Below, piece after piece: positions 39,464 through 48,999 of a DNA stretch of 64,000 nucleotides. The position numbers were made by a program, and so were the translations under genes. The notes under the pieces were generated by a model that was not told where the DNA came from, did not search any database, and saw nothing but the letters and a program-made list of their open reading frames with translations. Each line of letters starts with the position of its first letter. Within the stretch, counting starts at the first letter, position 1. The DNA is from Syntrophales bacterium (GTDB lineage: Bacteria > Desulfobacterota > Syntrophia > Syntrophales > PHBD01): positions 1,664,001 to 1,728,000 of the forward strand of contig OY764159.1 in the NCBI GenBank assembly GCA_963668175.1. Direction: 5' to 3'.

Positions 39464-40134
39464 CGCCAGTCATAGAAGCCCAGGACGTATCCCGGCGTTT
39501 CGGGCCGGGCGGCAACGAAGTCGTGGCGGTCGACAGCGTTTCCCTGCGCGTCGGCGCCGGGGAAATGGTCATGCTCATGGGGCCGTCCGGGAGCGGCAAG
39601 ACGACGCTCCTGGCGATGCTGGGCTGCATCCTCAGGCCTTCCTCGGGAAGCATCCGCATCATGGGGAAGGAGGCCGGCGGTCTATCTCCTGTCGAGCTGG
39701 CGCGGCTTCGGGCGCAGGCCATCGGCTTCGTCTTCCAGGGGTTCAATCTCCTGGCCGCCTTGACGGCGATGGAAAACGTCGTCCTGGCCGGCGAGTTCGT
39801 CTCTCCGCGCCCCCGCGATATAAGGAAACGCGCCGAGGCCGTCCTCGTGCAGATGGGGCTCGGCCGCCGCCTCCATCACCTGCCGGAGCATCTTTCCGCC
39901 GGGGAGAAGCAGCGCGTGGCCTTCGCCCGGGCGCTCATCAACGGCCCCGGGATCGTCCTTGCCGACGAGCCGACGGCGAATCTCGACGCGGAGAACCGCG
40001 ACCTGGTCGTGAGCCTCCTTTTGACCGCCGCCAGGGAACGGAACGTCGCCGTCGTCATCGCGACCCACGACGACCGCATCGAACACATCGCCGACCGTGT
40101 CATCCGCATGGGCGACGGTAAGATCGTTCCATAA
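39460..40134 (+). CDS. ABC transporter ATP-binding protein (LolD/MacB-like)
   Basis: GPSGSGKT, LSAGEKQRVA, LADEPTANLD. Confidence 0.95.
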   Translation: MTPVIEAQDVSRRFGPGGNEVVAVDSVSLRVGAGEMVMLMGPSGSGKTTLLAMLGCILRPSSGSIRIMGKEAGGLSPVELARLRAQAIGFVFQGFNLLAALTAMENVVLAGEFVSPRPRDIRKRAEAVLVQMGLGRRLHHLPEHLSAGEKQRVAFARALINGPGIVLADEPTANLDAENRDLVVSLLLTAARERNVAVVIATHDDRIEHIADRVIRMGDGKIVP

Positions 40135-40432
40135 TGCCTCATTCGCTTGTTTAATGTCCCGATGCGCCCTCGTCCCCCTCTTTCGTCAATGAGACATCTT
40201 CATGAGGATTCCCGGAGTGCCGATCGCGCGCCTTCGCCGATCGGTATCGTAAGCCCCGCCTGACAGCGTTCCCATAACTCAATACCGCCGGTTTTTTCTT
40301 GGCCGAATCTTCCTCTGTTCCGCGGAACGTCGCCGGCTGCGGGATAGCTGGGCGTGGCGAAGAGAGGAGATAGGGCAAAGAAAGGTTGACAAAACCGGCC
40401 GGAGGGCCCTAGATAGGTCCACGGAAAAAGCG

Positions 40433-41017
40433 ATGCGCTGGAATAATCTTTCGACATACAAGCGGGAGGCTTGGGTGGCGCTGGCCTTTGCGCTCCTCAT
40501 CGCCGCCACGGTGTTTCAGCTTCACGAACAGGGGAGGGGTTTCTGGTGCGCCTGCGGGCAGCCTTACCTGTGGGAGGGCGACATCTGGAGCGCCCACACC
40601 TCGCAGCATCTCTTCGACCCGTACAGCTTCACGCACATCCTGCACGGCGTCCTGCTCTGCGGTCTTCTGACGTTGGCGTTTCCGAAGGTTCCGCTTCCGT
40701 GGCGCATCTTCATGGCGGCGGTCATCGAATGCGTCTGGGAAATCGTCGAGAACAGCCCGTATATTATCCACCGCTACCGTACCGTCACCATCGGCCTCGG
40801 CTACGAGGGGGATTCCATCGCCAATTCCTTAAGCGACATCTCGTGCTGCCTCCTGGGGTTCTACCTGGCCTACCGCCTGGGCCTCAAACGCTCCATCGTC
40901 TTGTTCGTCGTGATTGAGGTTGTGCTCCTCTTCTGGATCAGGGACAACCTGACCCTGAACGTCCTGATGCTCACCTGGCCCATCGACGCCGTCAAACAGT
41001 GGCAGATGATCCGTTGA
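40433..41017 (+). CDS. DUF2585 family membrane protein
   Basis: WCACG, SQHLFDPYSFTHILHG, WEIVEN, YEGDSIANS, IRDNLTLN. Confidence 0.9.
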   Translation: MRWNNLSTYKREAWVALAFALLIAATVFQLHEQGRGFWCACGQPYLWEGDIWSAHTSQHLFDPYSFTHILHGVLLCGLLTLAFPKVPLPWRIFMAAVIECVWEIVENSPYIIHRYRTVTIGLGYEGDSIANSLSDISCCLLGFYLAYRLGLKRSIVLFVVIEVVLLFWIRDNLTLNVLMLTWPIDAVKQWQMIR

Positions 41018-41031
41018 AGGGCGGTGCGATA

Positions 41032-41096
41032 TCGCCGTCGTCATCGCGACCCGCGACGACCGCATCATCCACATCGCCGACGGGCGCGTCATCCGC
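41032..41096 (+). repeat. Degenerate copy of the ABC ATPase 3' end (40046-40107)
   Basis: TCGCCGTCGTCATCGCGACCC(A/G)CGACGACCGCATC...CACATCGCCGAC is shared. Confidence 0.85.
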
Positions 41097-41334
41097 GTCG
41101 CGGACGTGAAACCGGCGGGGAGCCGTGAAGGCCGTTCCCGGATCCCATACATGACGGAGACGTTGCCCGGCCGTGGCTAAGTGATTTGGGGTGAAAACGA
41201 ATTTGTCTTCATCTCACTTTTTTCCCATATGTGACGGGTTGCTGTCCCCGGGCATCCTCTCCCCATCCTTTTGTTGCTTTACACCTGTTTATGTTTTACC
41301 GTAGATCATCTTAGATCGACAAGAGGAGCAGGAA

Positions 41335-41859
41335 TTGACTCTTTCCGATATCCGTCTTCCCCGGGAACTGGAGGCGGATGGCAGCGCCGCCGCCATCCGC
41401 CGCGCATTATCGTCCCGGACGACGATGATTCGGCCCGGGGGCACGCAGGAAGTTCCCTTGATTGCGATGAGTGCATCCTTGGAACAGGCGCTGGTGAGGT
41501 CCCGGTCCAAAGGGCAGATCCTTTACGGGTTCGAAGCCATCCGGGAAAGGCTGGCTTCCGAGAAAAAGGGGATCATGAATGTACTGGAACAAGGCTCCGC
41601 GCCATACGGCAATCGCATCTCCAGGTTGATCCTCTTTTCCGACGACGGCGCCGGGCGCCTCTACCGGCATATCGAGCAGCTCCTGCTGGATCACAGCCCC
41701 AGAATCCTGGGCTGTCTCCTGGATATCGACAGCGGCGTTCTCGGCAGTCTGATTATCGGAAAAGACAGGCCGATCAAAGTCGTGCTGGCGGAGCACAAAG
41801 AGGCGGTGTCCGAACTGCTGCGGGCGATGATCGCCGGACCTGCGCAAACCGATCCATAA
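41335..41859 (+). CDS. Hypothetical protein, L7Ae/YlxQ-like pattern
   Basis: RBS GAGGAG before TTG; GQILYGFEAI...LILFSDDG...LGSLIIGK...VVLAEH. Confidence 0.6.
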   Translation: MTLSDIRLPRELEADGSAAAIRRALSSRTTMIRPGGTQEVPLIAMSASLEQALVRSRSKGQILYGFEAIRERLASEKKGIMNVLEQGSAPYGNRISRLILFSDDGAGRLYRHIEQLLLDHSPRILGCLLDIDSGVLGSLIIGKDRPIKVVLAEHKEAVSELLRAMIAGPAQTDP

Positions 41860-42030
41860 GGAAATCTCCCTGCCACGATTACTGCAAACCGAAGTTACTC
41901 CTGGCGTGTACCACGAACGGCAGCATTATTATATTATCCACACCGTCCAATCTCTCGAATCCGATTAGCGGGAACAAGAAAATAAACCAGTTCTCCATTC
42001 CCCGATTTTGCCGGGACGGAACCGGGTCAG

Positions 42031-42090
42031 ACATCCTGATGACGGCCATGGCCCATCGAGGCCGTCAAACAGTGGCAGATGATTCATTGA
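42031..42090 (+). repeat. Degenerate copy of the DUF2585 gene 3' end (40959-41017)
   Basis: 35-bp core TGGCCCATCGA(C/G)GCCGTCAAACAGTGGCAGATGAT with one mismatch (40976-41010 vs 42049-42083). Confidence 0.9.
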
Positions 42091-42120
42091 GAGATACCGT
42101 TAGAAAACCGGTGCGAGTCC

Positions 42121-42921
42121 TCAATTCTTTGCCTTGCCTTTTTTCACATATTTAAACTGACAGATGTTTATGCTGCCAAATGCAGATCCTTCACGCACTG
42201 AGAATCCTCTATATATCTTGAGTATCCCCGGAAACGAATCCCAACCGAACATGTATGCCTGCCCTTTATACAGCATTATCTCAGCACCGTAAGAAGCATT
42301 AATGGAACCCAGTATATCATTATATCGCCAATCTAGACGAGTATCCGATTTTATTACACCATACAAATCTTTCCATCCTGCTTCGTTACATGATCGCTGA
42401 TTTAACAATACAACCTGTTCAGTACGGCCATCGTAATCAATATCAATCGTTGCGATCTGTAGTTTGATTCGACCGTCAGTAAGATCGGTCTTGTAACCTG
42501 GCTCAATTATCTTCCATTGCCCAACGCGATACTTTTCTCCCCGGCCACTCAAAGCCATGTCCTCAATCAGTCCCCAATGGGCTTTGGGATCAATCAAACT
42601 CCATGCGAGCTTCTTAAACTGCTTTTCCCCAGGCGGCAGAGTCCAGTTGCAAATCAGTTTATCAGGAGATTCACAGGTTCTGTTCAATACCTTTTCAAAA
42701 TCGACACACACGGGCAATTCGCTCCTTTCCCACACTTCCGCGCGCCTGCCATTCCCCAGAGATGTTGTCCGATCTACCCATGAGATGCGTTTCCAGCATT
42801 TCTGCGTCTTTTTAATTTTTTTCTCGATAGCCGTTGCATCCTGTTTTTCGGCCGCCATCAGTGATGGACCCGTTAAACAGAACACCAAGACAATCGCGGA
42901 TAGAATCAATTTTCGCGACAT
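42121..42921 (-). CDS. AT-rich secreted hypothetical protein
   Basis: Signal-peptide-like N-terminus; GC clearly below flanks. Confidence 0.7.
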   Translation of the reverse strand: MSRKLILSAIVLVFCLTGPSLMAAEKQDATAIEKKIKKTQKCWKRISWVDRTTSLGNGRRAEVWERSELPVCVDFEKVLNRTCESPDKLICNWTLPPGEKQFKKLAWSLIDPKAHWGLIEDMALSGRGEKYRVGQWKIIEPGYKTDLTDGRIKLQIATIDIDYDGRTEQVVLLNQRSCNEAGWKDLYGVIKSDTRLDWRYNDILGSINASYGAEIMLYKGQAYMFGWDSFPGILKIYRGFSVREGSAFGSINICQFKYVKKGKAKN

Positions 42922-43031
42922 ATCGCTTAACCTCTCACGGTCTGCTGTCCGGATAGACCATGGCCCGATCTTGCGTCGGGCCATGGCCGTTCAATCGTTT
43001 TCCAAGCTTCACATTTCCGAAACAGACAGCA

Positions 43032-45122
43032 TCAGGTCTTTGCTGCCGCATCCGGCGCCGAGGCCGGTGCAGCCGCGGCGTCCTTCTTCGTGATGAGGCT
43101 GGTGAGATAGGCGGAAAGCAGGCCGCCGATGCCGTCGCCGCCCTGGACCAGGAAGTCCGGCGTGACCTTGACGTTGCCCGCGGCGATCTGCTTGGAGATT
43201 TCGATGGCCGTGACGCCCTGCTGTCCCACCGCCTTGTTCTGCAGTTCGTAGGCCTTCGCCGTGGCCTCGCCGATGGCGAGTATCTTGGAACCCTCGGCGT
43301 CGCCCTTCGCCTTGATACCCTTCGCCTCGCCCTCGGCCCGGAGCCTGATGCTCTCCGCCTCGCCTTCGGCGAAGCGGATCGCCTTCTGCTTGTTCTGCTC
43401 GGCGATCTTGACGCCGATCTCCGCTTCCACGAGGTTCTTCTGCTGGTCGGCCTCGGAGCGCGTCTTCTCGGTGGCGATGCGAGTCTGCTCCGCCTTCTGC
43501 TGTTCCTGGTACATCGCCTGCTGCTGCTGGGCGATGATCTTCATCGTCTGTGTGTCCATGAGGTCCTGGGGCAGCTTGATCTGGCAGATGAGGACGGAGA
43601 CGCATTCCACATGGTATTTCTCAAGCTCCGTGCGGGCCCGCTCTTCGGCTTTCCGCTGCTCGTCCTGGCGGTCCTGCATGAAGTTCATGGCGGACGTGGA
43701 CGAGGCCTGGTTGCGGAAGCTCGAATCGATCATCGGGTGGATGACGTGGCGGATCAGGTTGTCGATGGAGCCGATCTTGGCGACCATGTAGGGCGCCTGG
43801 TCGGGGCGGACGCGGATGATGACCTTGACGGCGACGCTGATCTCGAAGCCGTCGCGGGAGATGACCTTCAGGGGATCGAAGTTCGTCTCCTTGGCGTCGT
43901 CCCAGTCGATGGTGATGTTCGTCGTATCGACGATGTAGGCGATGAACGCCCGGCGGTTCAGGTAATAGATGCCGGGGCCGGCCACCTCCTGCTGGATGCC
44001 GCGGAAGCCCTTGGGCACGACGTAGCGCTCGATGCCGGTGTCCAGCCTTTTTTCGATCAGTTCGACCGGCGGCACGCCCGTGTCCGCCTGGATCTCCTTC
44101 CTGGCCGTTTCCGCGACGATCTGCTTCACCTGTTCGGGCTCTTCGCCCACGTTCGAGATGACGACGGCGACCTGGCCGCGCTCCACGGTGGCTACGTCGT
44201 CAAGCTCCAGCTGGAACATGAGGGTATTGACGTAGTACGTGCCCGGCTTGAGGACGTCGAACTGGGGGCCGCGCTGGCCGCCCGCCCCCAGGAACTTCGA
44301 GGCGTCCTGGTAATCGTTGTGCCCCGGGACGGACTTCGCCACGTATTCGGTCTCCGGCAGGGGCTCGCCGTCCAGCGACGTCACCAGCCCGACCTTGCCG
44401 GACGGGACCACCGTGGCCTCCCTGACCTCCGCGTGGAAGAGGTCGGTGTTGATGCGGTAAGTGCCGGGCAGCAGAATTTCGATCTGCGGCCCCTTCTGGC
44501 CGTGGTTGCGGAGGAACATCTGGCCGTTTTCGAAGTTCGAGTGGCCTTCCGCCTTGTGGGCGAGAAGCCGGCCGACGGAGATCGGCTCGCCGTCCATCGC
44601 CGTGACCATGCCGATCTTGCCCTTGTCGATCACGATGCAGGGGACCTTGCGGATTTTGAACAGGAAGGGGTTGATGCGGTAGTTCCCCGGCGGGAGGATT
44701 TCGATCTGGGGGCCCTTCTCCCCGCCGTTGTGGAGGAAGGCCTCGCCGTCCTGAAACGAATCGTGACCGGAGACTACCTTGGCGAAGATCTTTCCCGGAG
44801 GAATGGCGTCCCCGTCGATGGATTCGATGATGCCGACCTGGTCCTCGGTGATGACGGTGAAGGGCACCTTCGTCGCTTTGTAAAGGAAGGGGATCAGGAG
44901 GTGAAGCCCCGGCCCCAGGGTCCTCGCCTGGACGCCGACCTCGTCCGCCATGGCGACGACGCGGCCGCTGGGCATCTTCTTGCCGAACCAGCGCCGTTCG
45001 AGAACGGCGATCTGCGTGCCCCCGACGTTGACGATCATGTTAGTCAGGATGATGAGAAAGAGGATGAACCCGACGGCGTAGAGGGCGACCATGCCCGGGT
45101 GCTGAAAGATGTAATCGATCAT
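43032..45122 (-). CDS. SPFH/band-7 (flotillin-like) protein with three tandem N-terminal repeats
   Basis: N-terminal TM; three DGE/DGD...GH..F...FL..GG-x-(K/R)GPQ..IL.PG.Y.IN units; SPFH core (SRDGFEI...SSFRN); AEGEA coiled coil. Confidence 0.88.
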   Translation of the reverse strand: MIDYIFQHPGMVALYAVGFILFLIILTNMIVNVGGTQIAVLERRWFGKKMPSGRVVAMADEVGVQARTLGPGLHLLIPFLYKATKVPFTVITEDQVGIIESIDGDAIPPGKIFAKVVSGHDSFQDGEAFLHNGGEKGPQIEILPPGNYRINPFLFKIRKVPCIVIDKGKIGMVTAMDGEPISVGRLLAHKAEGHSNFENGQMFLRNHGQKGPQIEILLPGTYRINTDLFHAEVREATVVPSGKVGLVTSLDGEPLPETEYVAKSVPGHNDYQDASKFLGAGGQRGPQFDVLKPGTYYVNTLMFQLELDDVATVERGQVAVVISNVGEEPEQVKQIVAETARKEIQADTGVPPVELIEKRLDTGIERYVVPKGFRGIQQEVAGPGIYYLNRRAFIAYIVDTTNITIDWDDAKETNFDPLKVISRDGFEISVAVKVIIRVRPDQAPYMVAKIGSIDNLIRHVIHPMIDSSFRNQASSTSAMNFMQDRQDEQRKAEERARTELEKYHVECVSVLICQIKLPQDLMDTQTMKIIAQQQQAMYQEQQKAEQTRIATEKTRSEADQQKNLVEAEIGVKIAEQNKQKAIRFAEGEAESIRLRAEGEAKGIKAKGDAEGSKILAIGEATAKAYELQNKAVGQQGVTAIEISKQIAAGNVKVTPDFLVQGGDGIGGLLSAYLTSLITKKDAAAAPASAPDAAAKT

Positions 45123-45518
45123 GTTTTTGGTCCTTTCTTCTTGTTCTGGGGTTGATCTTGTTTTTTAGCTTCCTGTAACCGCTGTTCCGGAGGCCGGACC
45201 ATTTTCGCCGGCGCATCCCGGCACATGTGTCCGTATACGCGGGAAGCCCGGAACAGGGACGATTTTTGCCAATTCTCGCCTCTTTTATACTAAAGAATAA
45301 GATATTATGCTAATATTTATTTTAGACAGAATCACTATTTTGTAAATAGCTGGGTATTGTAGAGGATAATACACAAAACGATGGGGCGCGTTTCACGCGA
45401 GACGAGGCAAAGGAAAATGGTGGCGTGGGGTGGCTCCGTGATGCGGCCGGGGTGATGCACAGATAAAGCGTTTGCAGGGAATGAAACCTGAGATTATCGG
45501 TGAACGGCCGGTCGCGGC

Positions 45519-47330
45519 CTAGACTAGTTCCGTGAGGGCTTCCCGGATGCGGAGGACCACATCGTCCCAGCCGCCGGGTTCGTTCTGGTTGAAGATGCGC
45601 AGGGTGCCGGGATACCAGGGGCTGTCCTCCCTGTCGACGAACCAGCGCCAGCAGCTGTTGAACCGGTTCAGGAGCCATACGGGTTTGCCCATTGCCCCCG
45701 CCAGGTGGACGACGGCCGTATCGACGCTGATGACGAGATCGAGGTTTGCGATAAGGGCGGCCGTATCGGCGAAATCGCGGCAGTCCGCCGTCCAGTCGAT
45801 GAGCCCGAAGTCGGCCGGGGCCTTCGGCCCGTCCTTCTGCAGCGAGAAGAACCGCACATCGGCGACATCCAAAAGAGGGGCCAGGCATTCGGGGGCGACG
45901 GACCTTTTCCTGTCTGTGATGACGAGATCGGGAGACTGGACCCGAGAGCTTCCCGCCCAGGCCAGTCCGACTTTCATGTCGTCCGATCCCAGGGCGGCAA
46001 TACGTTCCCGCCAGCGGGCCTCGTCGGCGGCATCGGGACGCAGATAGGGGACAACCGCCGGTATCGTTTCGACCTCCGTCCTGAAAACGACGGGCAGATG
46101 CATCATGGGGCAGTGGACATCGAAAGCCGGGATGTCGTCGGTACGCGTGAAAATGGCGTCCACACCGGCGAGTGTCCGGACAATGCGCTGCAACTGGGGC
46201 GGCACGAACATGAGGACGTTGAAACCCATTGCCCTGATCATGGGTACGTACCGGCAGAATTGAATGGTATCGCCGAAGCCCTGTTCGGCGTGGATCAGGA
46301 TCGTCCGGCCTTCTCCCGCTTCTCCCCGCCACTCGGGCCGGTTGAAGCACCGGGAAATATGGCTGAACTGCTTCGACTGCCAGCGCCATTTGTATTCGCG
46401 CCATCCCTCGTCGAAGTGCCCGAGGGCCAGGAGAGACATCGCCAGATTTTTGTGTATTTCCGCATTGCCGGGATCGAAGCGCAACGCCTCCCGGTAAACC
46501 TCGACGGCCTCTTCGTGAAGCCGCGAATCCTTCAGCGTGTTGCCCAGATTGTTGAGGGCGCCGGGATACGTGGGGCGGAGCGTCAGGGCCTTCCTGCTAC
46601 ACTCGACGGCCCCGGCGAGGTCGTCCCTGAAGCGCCGGATCACGCTCAGGTTGCTGAGGGCCTCGGGATAGTCCGGTTGGATCGACAGGGCCTCCCGGTA
46701 AAGGGCCTCTGCGCCGTCCAGGTCGTTCGAAAGGAAGCGGATAACGCCGAGATTGTTGATGACCAGGGGATTGCCGGGAACGAGGTCAAGCGCCAGCTTA
46801 TAGCAGGCCGCCGCTTCGGACAGCAGGCCCATCTCTTTCAGGGTGTTGCCTTTTCCCGTGAGAGTCGCGGCATGATGGGGGTCGATGGAGAGCGATTTGT
46901 CGAAGGCGGTAAGCGATCCTGCCATGTCGCCGGTCTTTCTCAGGGCATGGCCGATGTGGGCATGAGCCCTGGCATGGTCCGGCCTGAAGGAGACAACGCG
47001 CGTCATGAGCAAAAGCGCCGCGGTGTAATTGTTCTGGGCCAGGTGCATGAGGGCGAAGCAGTACATGACAGCCGTCGACCGGGGGACGAGGGCCAGGGCC
47101 TTCTGCATCCAGGCCTCCGCCTCCTTCTTGCGCCCCTCCACAAAATTGACGACGCCCTGCAGGAAGACGAAGGTGTGGTTCTCGGGATTTTTCCGCCAGA
47201 GCTCGATGCAGACCTGCCGGGTCTCTTCGACTTTCTCCTGCCCGCGTCCGCTCATAATCAGGAATTCGACAATATCCTCGATCCGGCTGTCCGTGTCTGT
47301 CCGGCGGTCTGTCATTGCTTCCCGGTTCAT
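45519..47330 (-). CDS. TPR-repeat protein with glycosyltransferase family 9-like C-terminal domain
   Basis: Multiple TPRs, EQGFGDTIQF, VGLAWAG, LDLVISVDTAVVHLAGAMG, DSPWYP. Confidence 0.9.
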   Translation of the reverse strand: MNREAMTDRRTDTDSRIEDIVEFLIMSGRGQEKVEETRQVCIELWRKNPENHTFVFLQGVVNFVEGRKKEAEAWMQKALALVPRSTAVMYCFALMHLAQNNYTAALLLMTRVVSFRPDHARAHAHIGHALRKTGDMAGSLTAFDKSLSIDPHHAATLTGKGNTLKEMGLLSEAAACYKLALDLVPGNPLVINNLGVIRFLSNDLDGAEALYREALSIQPDYPEALSNLSVIRRFRDDLAGAVECSRKALTLRPTYPGALNNLGNTLKDSRLHEEAVEVYREALRFDPGNAEIHKNLAMSLLALGHFDEGWREYKWRWQSKQFSHISRCFNRPEWRGEAGEGRTILIHAEQGFGDTIQFCRYVPMIRAMGFNVLMFVPPQLQRIVRTLAGVDAIFTRTDDIPAFDVHCPMMHLPVVFRTEVETIPAVVPYLRPDAADEARWRERIAALGSDDMKVGLAWAGSSRVQSPDLVITDRKRSVAPECLAPLLDVADVRFFSLQKDGPKAPADFGLIDWTADCRDFADTAALIANLDLVISVDTAVVHLAGAMGKPVWLLNRFNSCWRWFVDREDSPWYPGTLRIFNQNEPGGWDDVVLRIREALTELV

Positions 47331-47354
47331 GGCATTGTTTCCTTATCCGGGCTG

Positions 47355-48080
47355 TCAGGCCGACGTATTGATGGTGCCTGCCTGGGTGCCGGCGTTAAGC
47401 AGGCCCGCCAACATATCCAGCAGTTTTTTCCGGTTGGAGCCGGACATTGAACCAGTCGAAACCGCATCGGAGGCCGAACCGCTCGCGCTCACCGATTGCA
47501 CGTTTTTGAGCAGGTCGGAAAAGGAGCTCTTTGCGCTTGTGAGATCGCCCGACGAGAGGGCGGTGGAGAGTGTGCCGAGTGCCGTGGACAGCTTATTGGA
47601 ACTGTCTTTCGTACCGGAGGACGATGCGGCCGCAGTTACGGTTTTCCCCGCCGTTCCCGAATCGGCGGCCGGCCCGTTCTGCAGGTTCTGCATGACCGTG
47701 GCGAAGATATTTCGGGCGCCGGTCAGGTTCCCCGCGGCAAGGGCCGCTCCCAGGGCGTCCATGTCCTTTTTCAGCGGATTCGAATCGTTTCCGGCCGCGG
47801 CCGAAGACGTCGTGCCCGCCGCATCCGTGGAGCTTGCTCCCTGGATGTCCTGCGTGAGTTGCGAGAGGAACGAATTCTGCGAGTTGAACAGACTGTTGAT
47901 GTCGAGCGCCTGAAGAAGCGAACTCACATCGGTCGAACTGGTATCCGCGGTGCTGGTCCCGAAGACGGCATTGAATGCCGAATCGGCGGATTGACTGCCC
48001 GACGAATCGGTCCGCGAACCGAACAGTGATTTATAGAGCTCGTAAAGATAGTTGCTTGACGAAATTCCGGATATCGACAC
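47355..48080 (-). CDS. Ser/Thr/Ala-rich low-complexity protein
   Basis: AGGAGG RBS before GTG; SISGISSS N-terminus; repeated AL-x-x-G(N/D)L-T-x-A motif. Confidence 0.75.
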   Translation of the reverse strand: MSISGISSSNYLYELYKSLFGSRTDSSGSQSADSAFNAVFGTSTADTSSTDVSSLLQALDINSLFNSQNSFLSQLTQDIQGASSTDAAGTTSSAAAGNDSNPLKKDMDALGAALAAGNLTGARNIFATVMQNLQNGPAADSGTAGKTVTAAASSSGTKDSSNKLSTALGTLSTALSSGDLTSAKSSFSDLLKNVQSVSASGSASDAVSTGSMSGSNRKKLLDMLAGLLNAGTQAGTINTSA

Positions 48081-48157
48081 GATAAACCTCCTTTCTCATC
48101 GCCTGTCCCGGACCCCGGATAGAGGCCGGCGGCGATTGCCTCTGGTGGTTGGACAAA

Positions 48158-48173
48158 AGCAACGAACGTGCCC
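48158..48173 (-). promoter_or_regulatory. Sigma54 promoter of the Ser-rich/TPR-GT genes
   Basis: GGGCACGTTCGTTGCT on the minus strand, about 78 bp upstream of the start. Confidence 0.7.
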
Positions 48174-48520
48174 TGGAGACAACGTTGCGCGCCGAACCGT
48201 CGCATCCCGGCGTGAAGAGTCCTTACGGCCGGACTGACCGGCGGGTTTCTTGCGAATAAAGTTCTTGAAAATCGGATATATAGCCGCTATGCCGGAGAGG
48301 CGGGCTGCCGCGGTTGCCTTTGAAAAATATACAAATCTTAACGGAAGATTCCAGGTGGGATGCGGCAGGGCAGGCCGCCCGCCGGCCGCAAAGAGGGAAA
48401 ATATTGCCAGGGCGGAATTGCCGGGGGAAAATTATGCCTCCGTCCAGCGGCCCGGCCGTGTTCCCGGAAAGAGGGCGTGGCGGCGCGGGAAGTGCGACGC
48501 CTCCCTTCATCTCTCTCCAT

Positions 48521-48730
48521 TCAGGCCGATCGGGACGGCATCGCAACGGAAAATGCGGGCATGGTTCCGTTCGTCTCCCCCGTTGCCTTTGTTATCCGCG
48601 GGAATGCCTCTCCCCGCTTTCCTGCATTCTTCTTATTCCGCACGGACCTCGCGTCCCTTGCCAGACTGGCTGCGGCCTGCTGCAGGGCGCGGATCTCCTC
48701 CGCCGTCAGATAATCGATAGCGCTCCTCAT
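48521..48730 (-). CDS. Putative small protein (69 aa)
   Basis: GAAAGGA RBS before ATG; sigma54-like site TGGCACGTGACATGCA at 48842-48857. Confidence 0.4.
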   Translation of the reverse strand: MRSAIDYLTAEEIRALQQAAASLARDARSVRNKKNAGKRGEAFPRITKATGETNGTMPAFSVAMPSRSA

Positions 48731-48999
48731 AGCAATCCTTTCCCGTGCCGGCCGCCGGCGGCAATTTTTGCTGCCCGCCTGCCCTCGATAAAACATTATT
48801 TGCCGGTTTCACGGCGTACCCACCCCTCAATATACGGATATTGCATGTCACGTGCCAGGAGAAGGGCGGCTTGCGGAAATAAAGAAAGGGCGGTTGTCCT
48901 CGACGGCTCATACGCCGTTCCGCCCTTCTTAAGACACAGGCTTTCGCCCGTCCTTTATTTTCGATTTTCTGCACTGTTTTCGGAATTGGTTTCGCAGCG

